From positions 5,779-69,778 of the forward strand of contig CAZCGQ010000001.1 of NCBI GenBank assembly GCA_964498425.1: a DNA stretch of 64,000 bases. Direction: 5' to 3'. The notes under the pieces were generated by a model that did not search any database, was not told the origin of the DNA, and saw only the letters and a list, made by a program, of their open reading frames with translations. Shown here piece after piece: positions 17,281 to 27,622 of the stretch. This DNA is from an uncultured Gammaproteobacteria bacterium. GTDB taxonomy: Bacteria; Patescibacteriota; Microgenomatia; UBA12405; JAHJSD01. Position 1 is the stretch's first letter, and the number at the start of each line of letters is the position of its first letter. The position numbers were made by a program, and so were the translations under genes.

Positions 17281-19983
17281 TCACTCATATTTCGGGTAGC
17301 AGCATTTTTTATATTTCTCGCCTGACCCACAAGGGCAGGGGTCATTCCGACCAGGTGAAGGTTGATCTGATACTATCGGTTGGATTTTCTTGCCTTGTCT
17401 TTCATCTTGAGCGGGCTGACCGAATTGAGGCTGATTAGGCTTAATCATTTCCCCTCTGCCTTCCTGAACCCCGGCTGTTTGCTGACGCAAACCAACTTCA
17501 ACCCTTAGTATCCGCCGGGCTACGTGGTTATCAATTTTAGCCAGCAAATCTTGAAACATGTCATAGCTTTCCTTCCGATATTCAACCAGCGGGTCCCTTT
17601 GACCGTAACCGCGGAGTCTAACCCCCTCTTTCAAGCTGTCTAAAGCGGTCAAATGATCAACCCAAAGATTATCAATTGTGTAGAGAAGAACAGATTTTTC
17701 TATTTCCCGAGAAGCATCCGTTCCCAGAACTTCTTCTCTCTTCTTGTAAATTTGCTCAAATTTATCAAATAACCAATCAATTGCCTCCGCTTCTTCTTTA
17801 TCCTCAAGTCCCTCTTCCAAATCCTTCCTCTCTTTTTCTGGAATCGGAACAACTTCTCCAAAGCCAAGAACCAATTTCCGGTAATCCGGCTTCATTGTTC
17901 CCGGATCCAAGCTCATATTCCATATTGTTCTTAATTCCTCATCGATAATTTCCATTATCCTCTCCCGCAATTTCTCTGGCTGATCGCGGTAATCTTCCAA
18001 AATATTTCTTCGGCGGTCATAAATTATTTCCCTCTGCTTATTAACAACATCGTCAAACTCGACCAAACTCTTCCGCATATCATAATTAAACCCCTCTACT
18101 TTAACCTGAATTTGCTTAATCATTTTAGTAACCATGGGATGACTGATTGGGGTATTCTCTGGCATTTGAAGCCGATCCATCATATTGGCAATTCTTTCAC
18201 CGCCAAAAATCCGCATTAAATCATCTTCCAAAGATACGAAAAACTTTGATGCCCCCGGATCTCCCTGACGTCCAGACCGACCCCGAAGCTGATTGTCAAT
18301 TCGTCGGGCCTCATGACGTTCAGTTCCAAAAACATACAAACCGCCTAACTCTAAAACCTTATTTCGCCTCTCCTCCCACTGATCATATTCTTTTTGAAAA
18401 TTGGAGCTTGAAAATTGAGATTTCTTAGGAGGTTCTCCTCCCAAAACAATGTCAACACCACGTCCTGCCATGTTTGTCGCCACAGTCACGGCCTTCGGCC
18501 GACCAGCCTGGGAAATAATTTTTGCTTCTTTTAAGTGGTGTTTTGCATTCAAAATCTCGTGAGGTATATTCTTCTTTTTCAAATAATTGCTGACCATTTC
18601 ATTCTTTTCAATCGAAGTCGTTCCCACCAATACCGGTTGACCGCGTTTATAGCATTCCTCAATTTCAGCGGCAACAGCAGTAAACTTCGCCCGTCTTGTT
18701 TTGTAAATCTCGTCCGGATAGTCCTTCCTGATTACCGGTTCGTTCGTCGGAATTGCAATAACGTCTAAACCATAGATATTCTTAAATTCCTCTTTCTCCG
18801 TCATCGCCGTTCCTGTCATTCCCGAAAGAGTATCGTATTTTCGGAAATAGTTTTGAAAAGTAATCGTTGCCCAAGTTTTTGATTCCCGTTGAATCGGCAC
18901 ACCTTCTTTGGCTTCAACCGCCTGATGTAAACCGTCCGACCACCGTCTACCCTCCATCAACCGACCAGTAAACTCATCAACGATAATTACCTGGTTGTCT
19001 TTGACAACATAATCATCGTCTTTTTCAAACAAAGTCCTTGCTTTAAGCGAATTTTCAATTTGATGAATTGTTTCAAACTCTTCTTCATAAAGATTATCAA
19101 CTCCCAGCTTTCTCTCAACCTTGCGAATCCCATATTCGGTCAGCATAGCTGTCCGGGCTTTTTCGTCAATAATGTAATCGGTTTCCGGAAACAGCTCTTT
19201 AGCTAACCGGGCATACTCATAATACTTATCCGTCGCCTTACTTTCCGGAGATGAAATGATCAACGGCGTTCTGGCTTCATCGATTAAGGCAAAGTCAATT
19301 TCGTCAACAATAGCAAAATTATGACCACGTTGAACAACATCGTCCAATGATTGAGCCATGTTATCCCGAAGGTAATCAAAACCAAACTCATTATTTGTCC
19401 CGTAAGTAATATCCGCCTGATAAGCGTTTTTTCGCTCAATTGGTTTAAGGTTTTCCAATCGCCAGTCATCAGCTGAAGTCGAAAAATCTTGATCATATAA
19501 AAAAGACTGGTGAGGGATAATACAACTAACACTTATACCTAATAAATTAAAAACGGGCCCCATCCAGCCGCAGCCTATTCTAGCCAAATAGTCATTGACC
19601 GTAACCAAATGTACACCTTTTCCTTCTAAGGCCCGAAGATACAAGGCCGGGGTAGCTGACAAAGTTTTTCCCTCACCTGTTTTCTGCTCAGATATTTTAC
19701 CTTCCCATAAAGCAATCGCCGACATCATCTGAACATCATAATGCCGCATTCCCAACGTTCTTACCGCCGCCTCTCTAACCACCGCAAAGGCCTCAGGAAT
19801 TAACTCCCTAGGGTCAGTTCCGTCTGCAACTTGCTGCCGAAAACGCTCTGTTCGAGATCTTAATTCAGCATCATCCAAGGATTCTATTTCTTCCTCAAAG
19901 CCGTTAATTCCTTCAACAATTGAACTTAATCGTTTCAATTGTTTTTCGTTATAGTCAAATAGTTTCGAGATAAAATTTAACAT
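17281..19983 (-). CDS. secA: preprotein translocase ATPase SecA
   Basis: 900 aa. DEAD-like motor motifs and C-terminal zinc-binding CPCGSGEKYKKCC. Confidence 0.95.
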   Translation of the reverse strand: MLNFISKLFDYNEKQLKRLSSIVEGINGFEEEIESLDDAELRSRTERFRQQVADGTDPRELIPEAFAVVREAAVRTLGMRHYDVQMMSAIALWEGKISEQKTGEGKTLSATPALYLRALEGKGVHLVTVNDYLARIGCGWMGPVFNLLGISVSCIIPHQSFLYDQDFSTSADDWRLENLKPIERKNAYQADITYGTNNEFGFDYLRDNMAQSLDDVVQRGHNFAIVDEIDFALIDEARTPLIISSPESKATDKYYEYARLAKELFPETDYIIDEKARTAMLTEYGIRKVERKLGVDNLYEEEFETIHQIENSLKARTLFEKDDDYVVKDNQVIIVDEFTGRLMEGRRWSDGLHQAVEAKEGVPIQRESKTWATITFQNYFRKYDTLSGMTGTAMTEKEEFKNIYGLDVIAIPTNEPVIRKDYPDEIYKTRRAKFTAVAAEIEECYKRGQPVLVGTTSIEKNEMVSNYLKKKNIPHEILNAKHHLKEAKIISQAGRPKAVTVATNMAGRGVDIVLGGEPPKKSQFSSSNFQKEYDQWEERRNKVLELGGLYVFGTERHEARRIDNQLRGRSGRQGDPGASKFFVSLEDDLMRIFGGERIANMMDRLQMPENTPISHPMVTKMIKQIQVKVEGFNYDMRKSLVEFDDVVNKQREIIYDRRRNILEDYRDQPEKLRERIMEIIDEELRTIWNMSLDPGTMKPDYRKLVLGFGEVVPIPEKERKDLEEGLEDKEEAEAIDWLFDKFEQIYKKREEVLGTDASREIEKSVLLYTIDNLWVDHLTALDSLKEGVRLRGYGQRDPLVEYRKESYDMFQDLLAKIDNHVARRILRVEVGLRQQTAGVQEGRGEMIKPNQPQFGQPAQDERQGKKIQPIVSDQPSPGRNDPCPCGSGEKYKKCCYPKYE

Positions 19984-20052
19984 AGCTACTATTATAACAG
20001 GTATAAATAGGCTGCAAAAACCTGCGAGGTTGAATCTTAAAAACCTCGGAGG

Positions 20053-21321
20053 TTATTGTTTGGAGATTACCCTTTTACCGAGATATTTTTGAAGCACTTT
20101 GGGAACCTTAACCGAACCATCCTTTTGCTGATAATTTTCCAAAATTGCCAACATTGCTCTTGGCGTAATTCCTGTCGCGTTTAAGGCGTGAACATATTTA
20201 TGCTCACCTTGATAATCGACCTTGATATTCAACCGACGGGTTTGATAATCAGTACAGCTACTGCATGAATGCGTTTCCCGATACTCATCTTCTCCCGGAA
20301 ACCAGGCTTCCAAGTCGTACATCATTCGGTTAGGAAAGGGCAGATCACCGGTGCAACTGGCAACAATTTGATAAGGAATTTTCAACGCCTGCATAATTTC
20401 CTCCTGAATCTCCAACATTTCTTGACAAACCTGATCAGAAATTTTTGTATCCGGCACAGTGTAAATATTCATTTCCACCTTATTAAACTGATGAACCCGA
20501 AACATCCCTCGAACATCCTGACCGTAACTACCCGCTTCCCGCCGAAAACAAGGTGAAAAATTAACATACTTAATCGGCAAATCATCCTGATTAAATACCT
20601 CTTCAGTATGCATTGGAATAACTGAGTGTTCTGATGAAGAAGCCAAAATCAAACCGTCTTCTTCCGTCTTGTACATTTCCCGCCAATTACCGTGTTCAAC
20701 GTAACCCATACCCCGTTCAACTTCCTTTTTAATTAATACCGGCGGAATAACCAAAGTAAAACCTTTGCCACTAATCACATCAATGGCATACCTCATTAAG
20801 GCCATTTCCAACATCGCCCCGTCGCCAATAAAATAGCCAAATCTCGGCCCAGACACCTTTCCGGCTCGATCAACGTCAATAATCCCTAACTCCTGGCCAA
20901 TTTCCAGATGATTTTTAGGTTCAAATTTAAACTTTGGCCGTTCACCCCAAGACTTGATTTGCGGATTTTCGCTGTCATCCTTACCGAAGGGAACTTCTTG
21001 AGCAGGAACATTAGGAATCGCTCTTTGAGCTTCCAGCCGTTTTTCTTCTTGCTTGTCTAATTCCTCTTCTAACTCAGATATCTTTTCCTTAATTTCCCGC
21101 CCCTTGGCAATAACATCTTCCGGCGGCTTTTCTCCTCTCTCTTTGTATTCATCAACTAAGGCATTGCGTTCGGCTCGAAGAGACTCAACTTGGGCTAATA
21201 TTTCTCGCCATTGTTGATCATATTCAAGCCAATCATTAACCAACTGTTCATCCATTCCCCGGTCAACAACCGCCTTCTTAACCCTATCTGTTTTTTCCCG
21301 AAGATAGTTAGCGTCAAGCAT
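20053..21321 (-). CDS. serS: seryl-tRNA synthetase
   Basis: 422 aa. N-terminal coiled-coil arm and class II core (FRREAGS motif 2). Confidence 0.95.
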   Translation of the reverse strand: MLDANYLREKTDRVKKAVVDRGMDEQLVNDWLEYDQQWREILAQVESLRAERNALVDEYKERGEKPPEDVIAKGREIKEKISELEEELDKQEEKRLEAQRAIPNVPAQEVPFGKDDSENPQIKSWGERPKFKFEPKNHLEIGQELGIIDVDRAGKVSGPRFGYFIGDGAMLEMALMRYAIDVISGKGFTLVIPPVLIKKEVERGMGYVEHGNWREMYKTEEDGLILASSSEHSVIPMHTEEVFNQDDLPIKYVNFSPCFRREAGSYGQDVRGMFRVHQFNKVEMNIYTVPDTKISDQVCQEMLEIQEEIMQALKIPYQIVASCTGDLPFPNRMMYDLEAWFPGEDEYRETHSCSSCTDYQTRRLNIKVDYQGEHKYVHALNATGITPRAMLAILENYQQKDGSVKVPKVLQKYLGKRVISKQ

Positions 21322-22633
21322 TGCTGAAGAACCTCCGGCTGAATTCCAAACCTTTCTTAACTAAATCAATTCGGAAATTCTCATCAACTCCGTGCATGTT
21401 GCAATCTTCATTGGCTAGAGAAATTGACACCGTTTCTTTCCCTAAAGATTCCTTAAAGTCAACAATAACCGGAACTCCACCACCAACAAATTTATAGACA
21501 ATGTCTTTTTGATAAACCTCTTCCAAAACCTTTCTTGCCGCTTGAATTCTATCAGAACCGATATCCAACTTAATCGGCTTGTATGTTTGGATACCAAAAA
21601 TTTGATAGTCAATATAATCCGGCGTGTTTGCTTCGACAAAATCCTTAAACAAGTCTGCAATTTTGTCCGGGTCCTGAGAATTAACTAACCGAAAATTTAT
21701 TCTTGCCTCGGTCTGACAGGGGATAATATTACTGTACCCCTCGCCGGTGTAGCCGGAAACCAGTCCGGTAACTGTTAACATCGGGCGTAACCCAGTCTGA
21801 GTGTAAAAATCATATTCCGGCTCTGTCAATAATTTTTTAATTCCAATGCTTTCCTTCAGCTCTTTCAAATTAAAAGGAATAGATTGGTTATTATCCACTT
21901 CCGCCTGACTTATTTCATCAACATCAGCGTAAAAACCGGGAATTGTCACTCGGTTTTCTTCATCATAGAATTTTGCAATCAGTTCAGCCATCTCGTGACT
22001 GGAATTGGCTACCGCCCCACCATAGAGGCCAGAATGCAAATTATTATCAGCTGACTGATACTTTAGGGTCAAATTGATTCCGCCCCGAAAACCAACATCA
22101 ATTGTCGGCCGGTCAGCGGCCACTTCCCCATCAGACAATATCACATAATCACAGGCCAATAACTCCTGGTTATCCTTGATAATCCGGCTGATTTCAGCGT
22201 TTCCGGTTTCTTCATTGCCTTCAAGAAAAAACTTAACATTGCACCTAAGCTTATTTTCCTTAATTAGTTCTCCAATGGTCAATAAATGTATCAACAACTG
22301 ACCCTTATTATCGACTACTCCCCGACCCAACAGCCGGCCATCTTTCTCCGTTAGGCTAAAGGGGGGAGCTGACCAAGCCTCGGCGTCATTAACCGGTTGA
22401 ACATCGTAATGACCGTAAATTAAGATGGTTTCCTGGTCCGGCCCAACTTGATAACTGCCATAAACATAGGGATTAGTTTTTTGGCCAGAAATTAATTGTG
22501 CCTGAAAGCCATAGCTGTCTAATAATGTCTTCAACCACTCCGCTGTTTTTTCAACTTCCTCACGATAAGCAGAATCCGTCGAAATGCTCTTAAATTCAAT
22601 TAACTTTTTGAGTTTAGCAAGATAATCATTCAT
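21314..22633 (-). CDS. M20-family dipeptidase/peptidase
   Basis: YGHYDVQP...GRGVVDNKG M20 motifs. Probable start MNDYLAKL at 22633. The ORF-track N-terminal extension overlaps the upstream gene. Confidence 0.75.
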   Translation of the reverse strand: MNDYLAKLKKLIEFKSISTDSAYREEVEKTAEWLKTLLDSYGFQAQLISGQKTNPYVYGSYQVGPDQETILIYGHYDVQPVNDAEAWSAPPFSLTEKDGRLLGRGVVDNKGQLLIHLLTIGELIKENKLRCNVKFFLEGNEETGNAEISRIIKDNQELLACDYVILSDGEVAADRPTIDVGFRGGINLTLKYQSADNNLHSGLYGGAVANSSHEMAELIAKFYDEENRVTIPGFYADVDEISQAEVDNNQSIPFNLKELKESIGIKKLLTEPEYDFYTQTGLRPMLTVTGLVSGYTGEGYSNIIPCQTEARINFRLVNSQDPDKIADLFKDFVEANTPDYIDYQIFGIQTYKPIKLDIGSDRIQAARKVLEEVYQKDIVYKFVGGGVPVIVDFKESLGKETVSISLANEDCNMHGVDENFRIDLVKKGLEFSRRFFSNA

Positions 22634-23729
22634 TGATTTTGACCTCCTTGCTGTCAACCAAAATCTTCGATCCTTCCAAGCGCATATCTTTAACCAAATC
22701 CCAGTGAATTGAAGATTCATTTTTGCCTCCACCCCGGTCTTCTTTATACGCCCGGCCGAGAGCCATATGGATTGTACCCCCAATTTTTTCATCAAAAAGG
22801 GTATTTTTCATCGCTTGGGTGATGCCAGGGTTGGTTCCAATAGCAAACTCGCCAAAACTTTTTGCTCCTTCATCCGTCGCCAACATCTTGTCTAACCCTT
22901 CTTGTCCAATATCAGCCTCGGCTTTAACAACCTTCCCGTCTTCAACCTTGAGGTAAATACCACAAACTTCACGACCATAAGCTGTCGTCGGCAAATCAAA
23001 ATAGATCTCACCCTGAACACTGTCCTCTATTGGGCAAAGAAAAACCTCCCCATCAGGAATATTTCTTTTACCGAAACAGGCTTTGGCCAACCGACCATCG
23101 ACTGAAAAGGTAAGGTCCGTCTTCTTGCCAACTATTTTAATTTTTTTGGCATCATCGAGAACTTTTTCTAGTTTTTTCAACTTCTTTTTCATTGCCTGAT
23201 AGTCAACAGTGCAGGCTTGATAATAAAAATCAACCAGCCAATCAAAAGCCACCCCGGCCTGTTGAGCCATAGCTGGAGTTGGATAATATGTCAGAACCCA
23301 CCGGTCCTCATCAATCATCTTGTCAAATAATGGCTGAATTAACCGATTACGGATATTAATTCTTTCCGGATCAATCTGGGCAAACTCGGCAACATTGTCC
23401 AAACTGGTTATCCGGACAAAGGCATCCGCCCAATCAATTTTTGCTTTGACAATTTCTTCCGGAATTGTATTCATTTGCCAGTCATTGGCTTTTTTTAAGA
23501 ATTGATAAGCAAAGCCGCCCAAATGCGACCGGCCGAGTTCAAAATCAATACCGGCAACATCAACAACCGGGTATGCACCAATATCTAACGTTTCCAGGTA
23601 AACTGCCTTAACTAAATTAAAAGCGGCCGAATCTGAACAAGTTATTAGAACCTTTTCTTTCGGCTTTATCTCTAAAGAATGGTTTAAAAAAATCTGAGCT
23701 AATTTTTTATCCTTCGGATTCACCATCAT
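22626..23729 (-). CDS. M29-family aminopeptidase (AmpS/PepS-like)
   Basis: 367 aa. VKAEADIGQEGLDKMLATDEGAKSFGEFAIGTNP matches the aminopeptidase T C-terminal signature. Confidence 0.7.
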   Translation of the reverse strand: MMVNPKDKKLAQIFLNHSLEIKPKEKVLITCSDSAAFNLVKAVYLETLDIGAYPVVDVAGIDFELGRSHLGGFAYQFLKKANDWQMNTIPEEIVKAKIDWADAFVRITSLDNVAEFAQIDPERINIRNRLIQPLFDKMIDEDRWVLTYYPTPAMAQQAGVAFDWLVDFYYQACTVDYQAMKKKLKKLEKVLDDAKKIKIVGKKTDLTFSVDGRLAKACFGKRNIPDGEVFLCPIEDSVQGEIYFDLPTTAYGREVCGIYLKVEDGKVVKAEADIGQEGLDKMLATDEGAKSFGEFAIGTNPGITQAMKNTLFDEKIGGTIHMALGRAYKEDRGGGKNESSIHWDLVKDMRLEGSKILVDSKEVKINE

Positions 23730-23742
23730 TTCAATTTATAAT

Positions 23743-24327
23743 TCATAATTCTAAACTTTTACTAATTTCCTGCATTGCTTCCAAATTTATCCTAACATAT
23801 TCTTCCAAAGGAATGCCTAACTTTTCTTCACACATCTTAATGTGATCCCGCCTTGTTCCAGCAGCAAACCGAGGTTCATCAAAGCGATTAAGAACATTGT
23901 CAACACTGACATCAGCTAATTTCCGGCTGGGCAAAACCAGGGTAGCAGCAACAATCAGGCCGGTTAAACTGTCCACTGTGAATAAGGCCCAATCCATGAC
24001 TGATTTTGGCTTTATTCCAGTATGTTCCCAATTGTGAGCAGCAATAGCATAAAGAACTTCTTCCGGAAGTTTAATTCCTTCTTGCTCGAGGATTTGATTA
24101 GTCATCGTTCCGTGATCTTCCTCCGAAATTCCCTCCTGATAGTCAAGATCATGAGCCAACCCCGCCAATCCCCAGATTTCTTCATTAATTTTTAACTTTT
24201 CATTTTTAACTTTTAACTTTCTTGCTAATGCTCGCATACACGCTTCCACCGCTAACATGTGTTTAATAATGTTTTTATTATCAATCTGGTCTTCAATAAC
24301 TTTCAGTACTTCTTCTCTTTTGGCCAT
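23743..24327 (-). CDS. HD-domain phosphohydrolase
   Basis: 194 aa. H...HDLD...HNWEH metal-binding pattern. Confidence 0.55.
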   Translation of the reverse strand: MAKREEVLKVIEDQIDNKNIIKHMLAVEACMRALARKLKVKNEKLKINEEIWGLAGLAHDLDYQEGISEEDHGTMTNQILEQEGIKLPEEVLYAIAAHNWEHTGIKPKSVMDWALFTVDSLTGLIVAATLVLPSRKLADVSVDNVLNRFDEPRFAAGTRRDHIKMCEEKLGIPLEEYVRINLEAMQEISKSLEL

Positions 24328-24341
24328 TTTTTATTATAATA

Positions 24342-25361
24342 TCACTCCTTAACTCCGGTTTCTAGTAACTCTAGTGTCTTTTCATCAGCGTTCATTTCCG
24401 CCTTGATTCCAATCGGCAAAGTAAAAATAGGGTCGGTGTGACCAAAATCCAAGTCCAACATCGTTGGTAGCCTTTTTTTACCAACTAACCGCTTAACCAT
24501 CATCGCTAAAGAATTATCTTCACTAAAACCGCTTTCAGTTCTTGGTCGACCAAAAAGCAAGCCAGCTATCTGATCAAATACCCCTGTCTGCTTCAAGTGA
24601 GTTAAGTGTCGATCATAAGTTGCCGGGTCATCTTCCTCATCATCCTCTAGAAATAAAATTGCTCCCTTCATGTCCGGCCAATATTCCGTGCCAATTAAAT
24701 TAACTAAGGTAGACAAATTCCCACCGATTAATCGCCCCTTCACCTTACCTGAAAATAGAACTTGCCAACCTGGGTTTTGCTTCTTCTCTCTTGGTCGGTC
24801 GTCTGCTGTATCCCAATCCAGGCGTTCATCCGTCCACCATTCACTCGGGCTATAATCTACTTTTTCAGCCGCAATTAACAAATCTTTAAAATATTTCCAA
24901 GTATAGTCATATATTCCGTCAAATTCCCCAAACTGAGGTAAAATCATCGGGCCATAATAAGTTACTAGCCCAGTTTTAACTGAAATTGCGTTCAATAAAG
25001 CGGTTATGTCACTGTATCCAACAAAAATTTTTGGATTTGATGAAATTAAGCTGTAATCTATTTTATCTAATAATTGGTTGGAATTTAAGCCACCAATAGT
25101 TGCGATTATTGCTTTTACTTCCGAGTCCGCAAACATCGCCTGTAAATCACTCAACCGCTGATCAATTGTTCCGGCGGTATAATTTACTCTTTCTTCAACG
25201 TACTGGCCTAACTTGATCTGAAAACCAGACTTTTCCAACTGCTTAATTCCTCTAGATAGCCGCCTCGGGCAAAAACTGGCTACAGGTGAAGAAGGGGAAA
25301 CAATTCCAATGACATCACCCTTTTTTAATTTTGGCGGTTTTATTATTTCCAGCTTAGTCAT
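24342..25361 (-). CDS. ldcA: LD-carboxypeptidase (peptidase S66, LdcA-like)
   Basis: 339 aa. GDVIGIVSPSS N-terminal motif and catalytic GYSDITAL. Confidence 0.8.
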   Translation of the reverse strand: MTKLEIIKPPKLKKGDVIGIVSPSSPVASFCPRRLSRGIKQLEKSGFQIKLGQYVEERVNYTAGTIDQRLSDLQAMFADSEVKAIIATIGGLNSNQLLDKIDYSLISSNPKIFVGYSDITALLNAISVKTGLVTYYGPMILPQFGEFDGIYDYTWKYFKDLLIAAEKVDYSPSEWWTDERLDWDTADDRPREKKQNPGWQVLFSGKVKGRLIGGNLSTLVNLIGTEYWPDMKGAILFLEDDEEDDPATYDRHLTHLKQTGVFDQIAGLLFGRPRTESGFSEDNSLAMMVKRLVGKKRLPTMLDLDFGHTDPIFTLPIGIKAEMNADEKTLELLETGVKE

Positions 25362-26805
25362 CCTTTGGTCGCATAATTGGAAATAACATGACCTCTTTTA
25401 TTGACCAAGTATCAGTATAGAACATCGCCAAACGGTCAATACCAATACCAATTCCACCAAGAATCGGCATACCGTATTCCATCGCTTCCAAGAAATCCTC
25501 ATCTAAAGGATGAGCTTCCTCCTTACCCCGCTGCAATTCTTTTTGCTCCTCGTCGAATCGCTTTCTTTGCTCTAGAGGATTTACAATTTCTGACCATCCA
25601 TCACAAATTTCTTCTCCCCCGATGTAACCCTCGAACCTTTCAACCCATCCTTCCTTTGTTCGGTGCCTTTTCGACAAAGGGCTAACTTCAACCGGATAGT
25701 CTATAACCCATACAGGCTTGATTAACTTTGGTGGAACTAAGCGGTCAAAAATTTTATAAATCAACTCCCCCTTACTTTCTTCTCCACTAACTTCAACCTG
25801 ATTATCTTTAGCAAATTTGATCAATTCTTTCTTCGTACTTTTTTCAACATCCAAATTTAGCTTATCTTTAATGACATCTACCATTTCAATTCTCGGCCAT
25901 TCTCCAGATAAATCTATATTTTCTCCATGTACCGTCAATTTTTCTTCTCCATAGATTTCATTAGCTGCAAATTTGAACAAGCCCTCTGTTACATCCATTA
26001 TTCGATGATAATCAGCGTAGGCTTCATAAAACTCAATCATTGTGAATTCCGGGTTGTGAGATAAATCCATTCCTTCATTACGAAAATCTTTACAAATTTC
26101 ATAAACCTTCTCTAATCCACCAACGACCAGTCTTTTCAAATAAAGTTCGTCAGCAATTCGCAAGTATAAATCTATATCCAAAGCATTAAGATGGGTTTTG
26201 AATGGTCGGGCATTTGTTCCCCCATAAAGCGGCTGTAAAGCTGGAGTTTCGACTTCAATATATCCTAAACCATCCAAATATTTTTGAATTGCCCTAATTA
26301 ACTTCGTTCTAATCCTAAACCTGTTCATAACTTCCGGATCTAAAAGCAAGTCCAGGTATCTTTTTCGATAGCGTTCTTCGGTGTCTTTCAGGCCGTGCCA
26401 TTTTTCCGGTAAAGGCCGGAGCGACTTTGATAGAAGTTTGAAACTAGCTACATCAATTGAAATCTCACCGGTTTTTGTTTTGACAACTTCTCCCTCAACG
26501 CCAATAAAATCTCCCCGATCGAGTAGACTCAAAATTTGATAATCATCACCCAAATCGTCTTCTTTAAACCAAACTTGGATTTGCCCCGACTGGTCTTGAA
26601 GGTCAGCAAAGGTCATTGCCCCATGCGAACGCATGGCCATTATTCTCCCTGCTGTTTTAACTTTGTCACCTAAGCAATCACTTGCTTCCTGACAGGTGTG
26701 GGTTTTGTCATATTTATACGGATAGGGATTTATCCCCATCTGACGAAGTTCTTCTAGTTTTCTAAGTCTATCCTCGCGGATAGCATCTAAACGTGAATTG
26801 GCCAT
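25354..26805 (-). CDS. lysS: lysyl-tRNA synthetase, class II
   Basis: 483 aa. OB anticodon-binding domain and class II core (FRNEG motif 2, GGIGIGIDRL motif 3). Confidence 0.95.
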   Translation of the reverse strand: MANSRLDAIREDRLRKLEELRQMGINPYPYKYDKTHTCQEASDCLGDKVKTAGRIMAMRSHGAMTFADLQDQSGQIQVWFKEDDLGDDYQILSLLDRGDFIGVEGEVVKTKTGEISIDVASFKLLSKSLRPLPEKWHGLKDTEERYRKRYLDLLLDPEVMNRFRIRTKLIRAIQKYLDGLGYIEVETPALQPLYGGTNARPFKTHLNALDIDLYLRIADELYLKRLVVGGLEKVYEICKDFRNEGMDLSHNPEFTMIEFYEAYADYHRIMDVTEGLFKFAANEIYGEEKLTVHGENIDLSGEWPRIEMVDVIKDKLNLDVEKSTKKELIKFAKDNQVEVSGEESKGELIYKIFDRLVPPKLIKPVWVIDYPVEVSPLSKRHRTKEGWVERFEGYIGGEEICDGWSEIVNPLEQRKRFDEEQKELQRGKEEAHPLDEDFLEAMEYGMPILGGIGIGIDRLAMFYTDTWSIKEVMLFPIMRPKDD

Positions 26806-26828
26806 TAAACTTATTGTACACGAAAAAA

Positions 26829-27278
26829 TTAATGCACTTCAACAATCTTGTACATGGACTTACCAGCCGGCGTTTCAACTTCGACTGTTTCGCCCTTTTT
26901 ATGACCAATCAAGCTGGCCCCAATTGGAGATTCGTAAGATACTTTCCCGGCTATAGGATCTGCTTCTCCACCGCCAACTAACTGCATTTCTCTGGTTTTA
27001 CCATTGACTTCAACAACCACCTTATTACCAACTCCAACTGTACCATCACCATTTTTCTCGGTAATTTCAACATTAGCTAACCTTTGCTCTAAATCGCCTA
27101 TTTGGTTGCGAACTATGGTCAGATTTTCCCTCAAATTGTGATAAGCGGAGTTTTCTGATAAATCGCCTTCCTGACGGGCCGCTTCCATATCTTCAACTAG
27201 GCGGTCACGCTCTTTTTCTAACTGGCGTAATTTTTTCTTTAGTTTTCTGTAACCTTTTTTAGTTAATATGTTTTTCAT
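26829..27278 (-). CDS. greA: transcription elongation factor GreA
   Basis: 149 aa. Coiled-coil N-domain plus FKBP-like C-domain. Confidence 0.9.
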   Translation of the reverse strand: MKNILTKKGYRKLKKKLRQLEKERDRLVEDMEAARQEGDLSENSAYHNLRENLTIVRNQIGDLEQRLANVEITEKNGDGTVGVGNKVVVEVNGKTREMQLVGGGEADPIAGKVSYESPIGASLIGHKKGETVEVETPAGKSMYKIVEVH

Positions 27279-27303
27279 TTCTATCTATTTTTAAATTTAA
27301 GCA

Positions 27304-27330
27304 ATAAAAAAACCCCGACTGTGCGGGGTT
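27304..27330 (-). terminator. intrinsic terminator (CCCCG-ACUGUG-CGGGG stem-loop plus U7) in the greA leader, downstream of tRNA-Glu
   Basis: Minus-strand reading aaccccgcacagtcggggttttttt. Perfect 5-bp GC stem with a 6-nt loop, followed by T7. Confidence 0.6.
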
Positions 27331-27425
27331 AATAACCTTCCAATACTTACTAACCCCCTATTTAAAAGGCTTAATCTCCTTTCGAGAGAAAATGTAAGTA
27401 TGTCGGTTTCGCACTTCCATGAGGT

Positions 27426-27453
27426 ATTATAACAATTTCCAACCCCTTGTCAA
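27426..27453 (-). promoter_or_regulatory. consensus sigma70 promoter (TTGACA, 16 nt, TATAAT) driving the greA leader or a small RNA
   Basis: Minus-strand TTGACAaggggttggaaattgtTATAAT begins 13 nt downstream of the tRNA-Glu 3' end. Predicted TSS near 27418, about 90-110 nt upstream of the terminator. Confidence 0.55.
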
Positions 27454-27465
27454 ACAATCTTTTTG

Positions 27466-27538
27466 TGCTCCTACGGGAATTCGAATCCCGGTCTTCAGGA
27501 TGAGAACCTGATGTCCTAGGCCTCTAGACGATAGGAGC
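27466..27538 (-). tRNA. tRNA-Glu (anticodon CUC)
   Basis: 73-nt cloverleaf with acceptor GCTCCTA/TAGGAGC, anticodon loop TTCTCAT and T-loop TTCGAAT. No encoded CCA. Confidence 0.85.
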
Positions 27539-27622
27539 ATAGGCTAATTATACAATTTAGGGTTAGTCTTTTTCAACTCGTTGGCAAAGACTTCTCATGG
27601 GGCCAGCGCGGCCGGTCGGGGG

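Noticed and set aside
21314-22795. N-terminal 54-aa extension of the M20 peptidase ORF, and similar extensions of xth (to 37638), the ABC ATPase (from 31110), the 41353 ORF and the 42847-43095 ORF
   Set aside because: The extensions overlap upstream genes and have atypical composition. Conserved N-termini begin at internal Met codons, some with good SD sequences, so the shorter coordinates are reported.
27341-27420. 20-codon ORF (MEVRNRHTYIFSRKEIKPFK) inside the greA leader transcript
   Set aside because: No ribosome-binding site and no conservation signal. The region is better explained as an untranslated leader or sRNA, though a leader peptide cannot be fully excluded.
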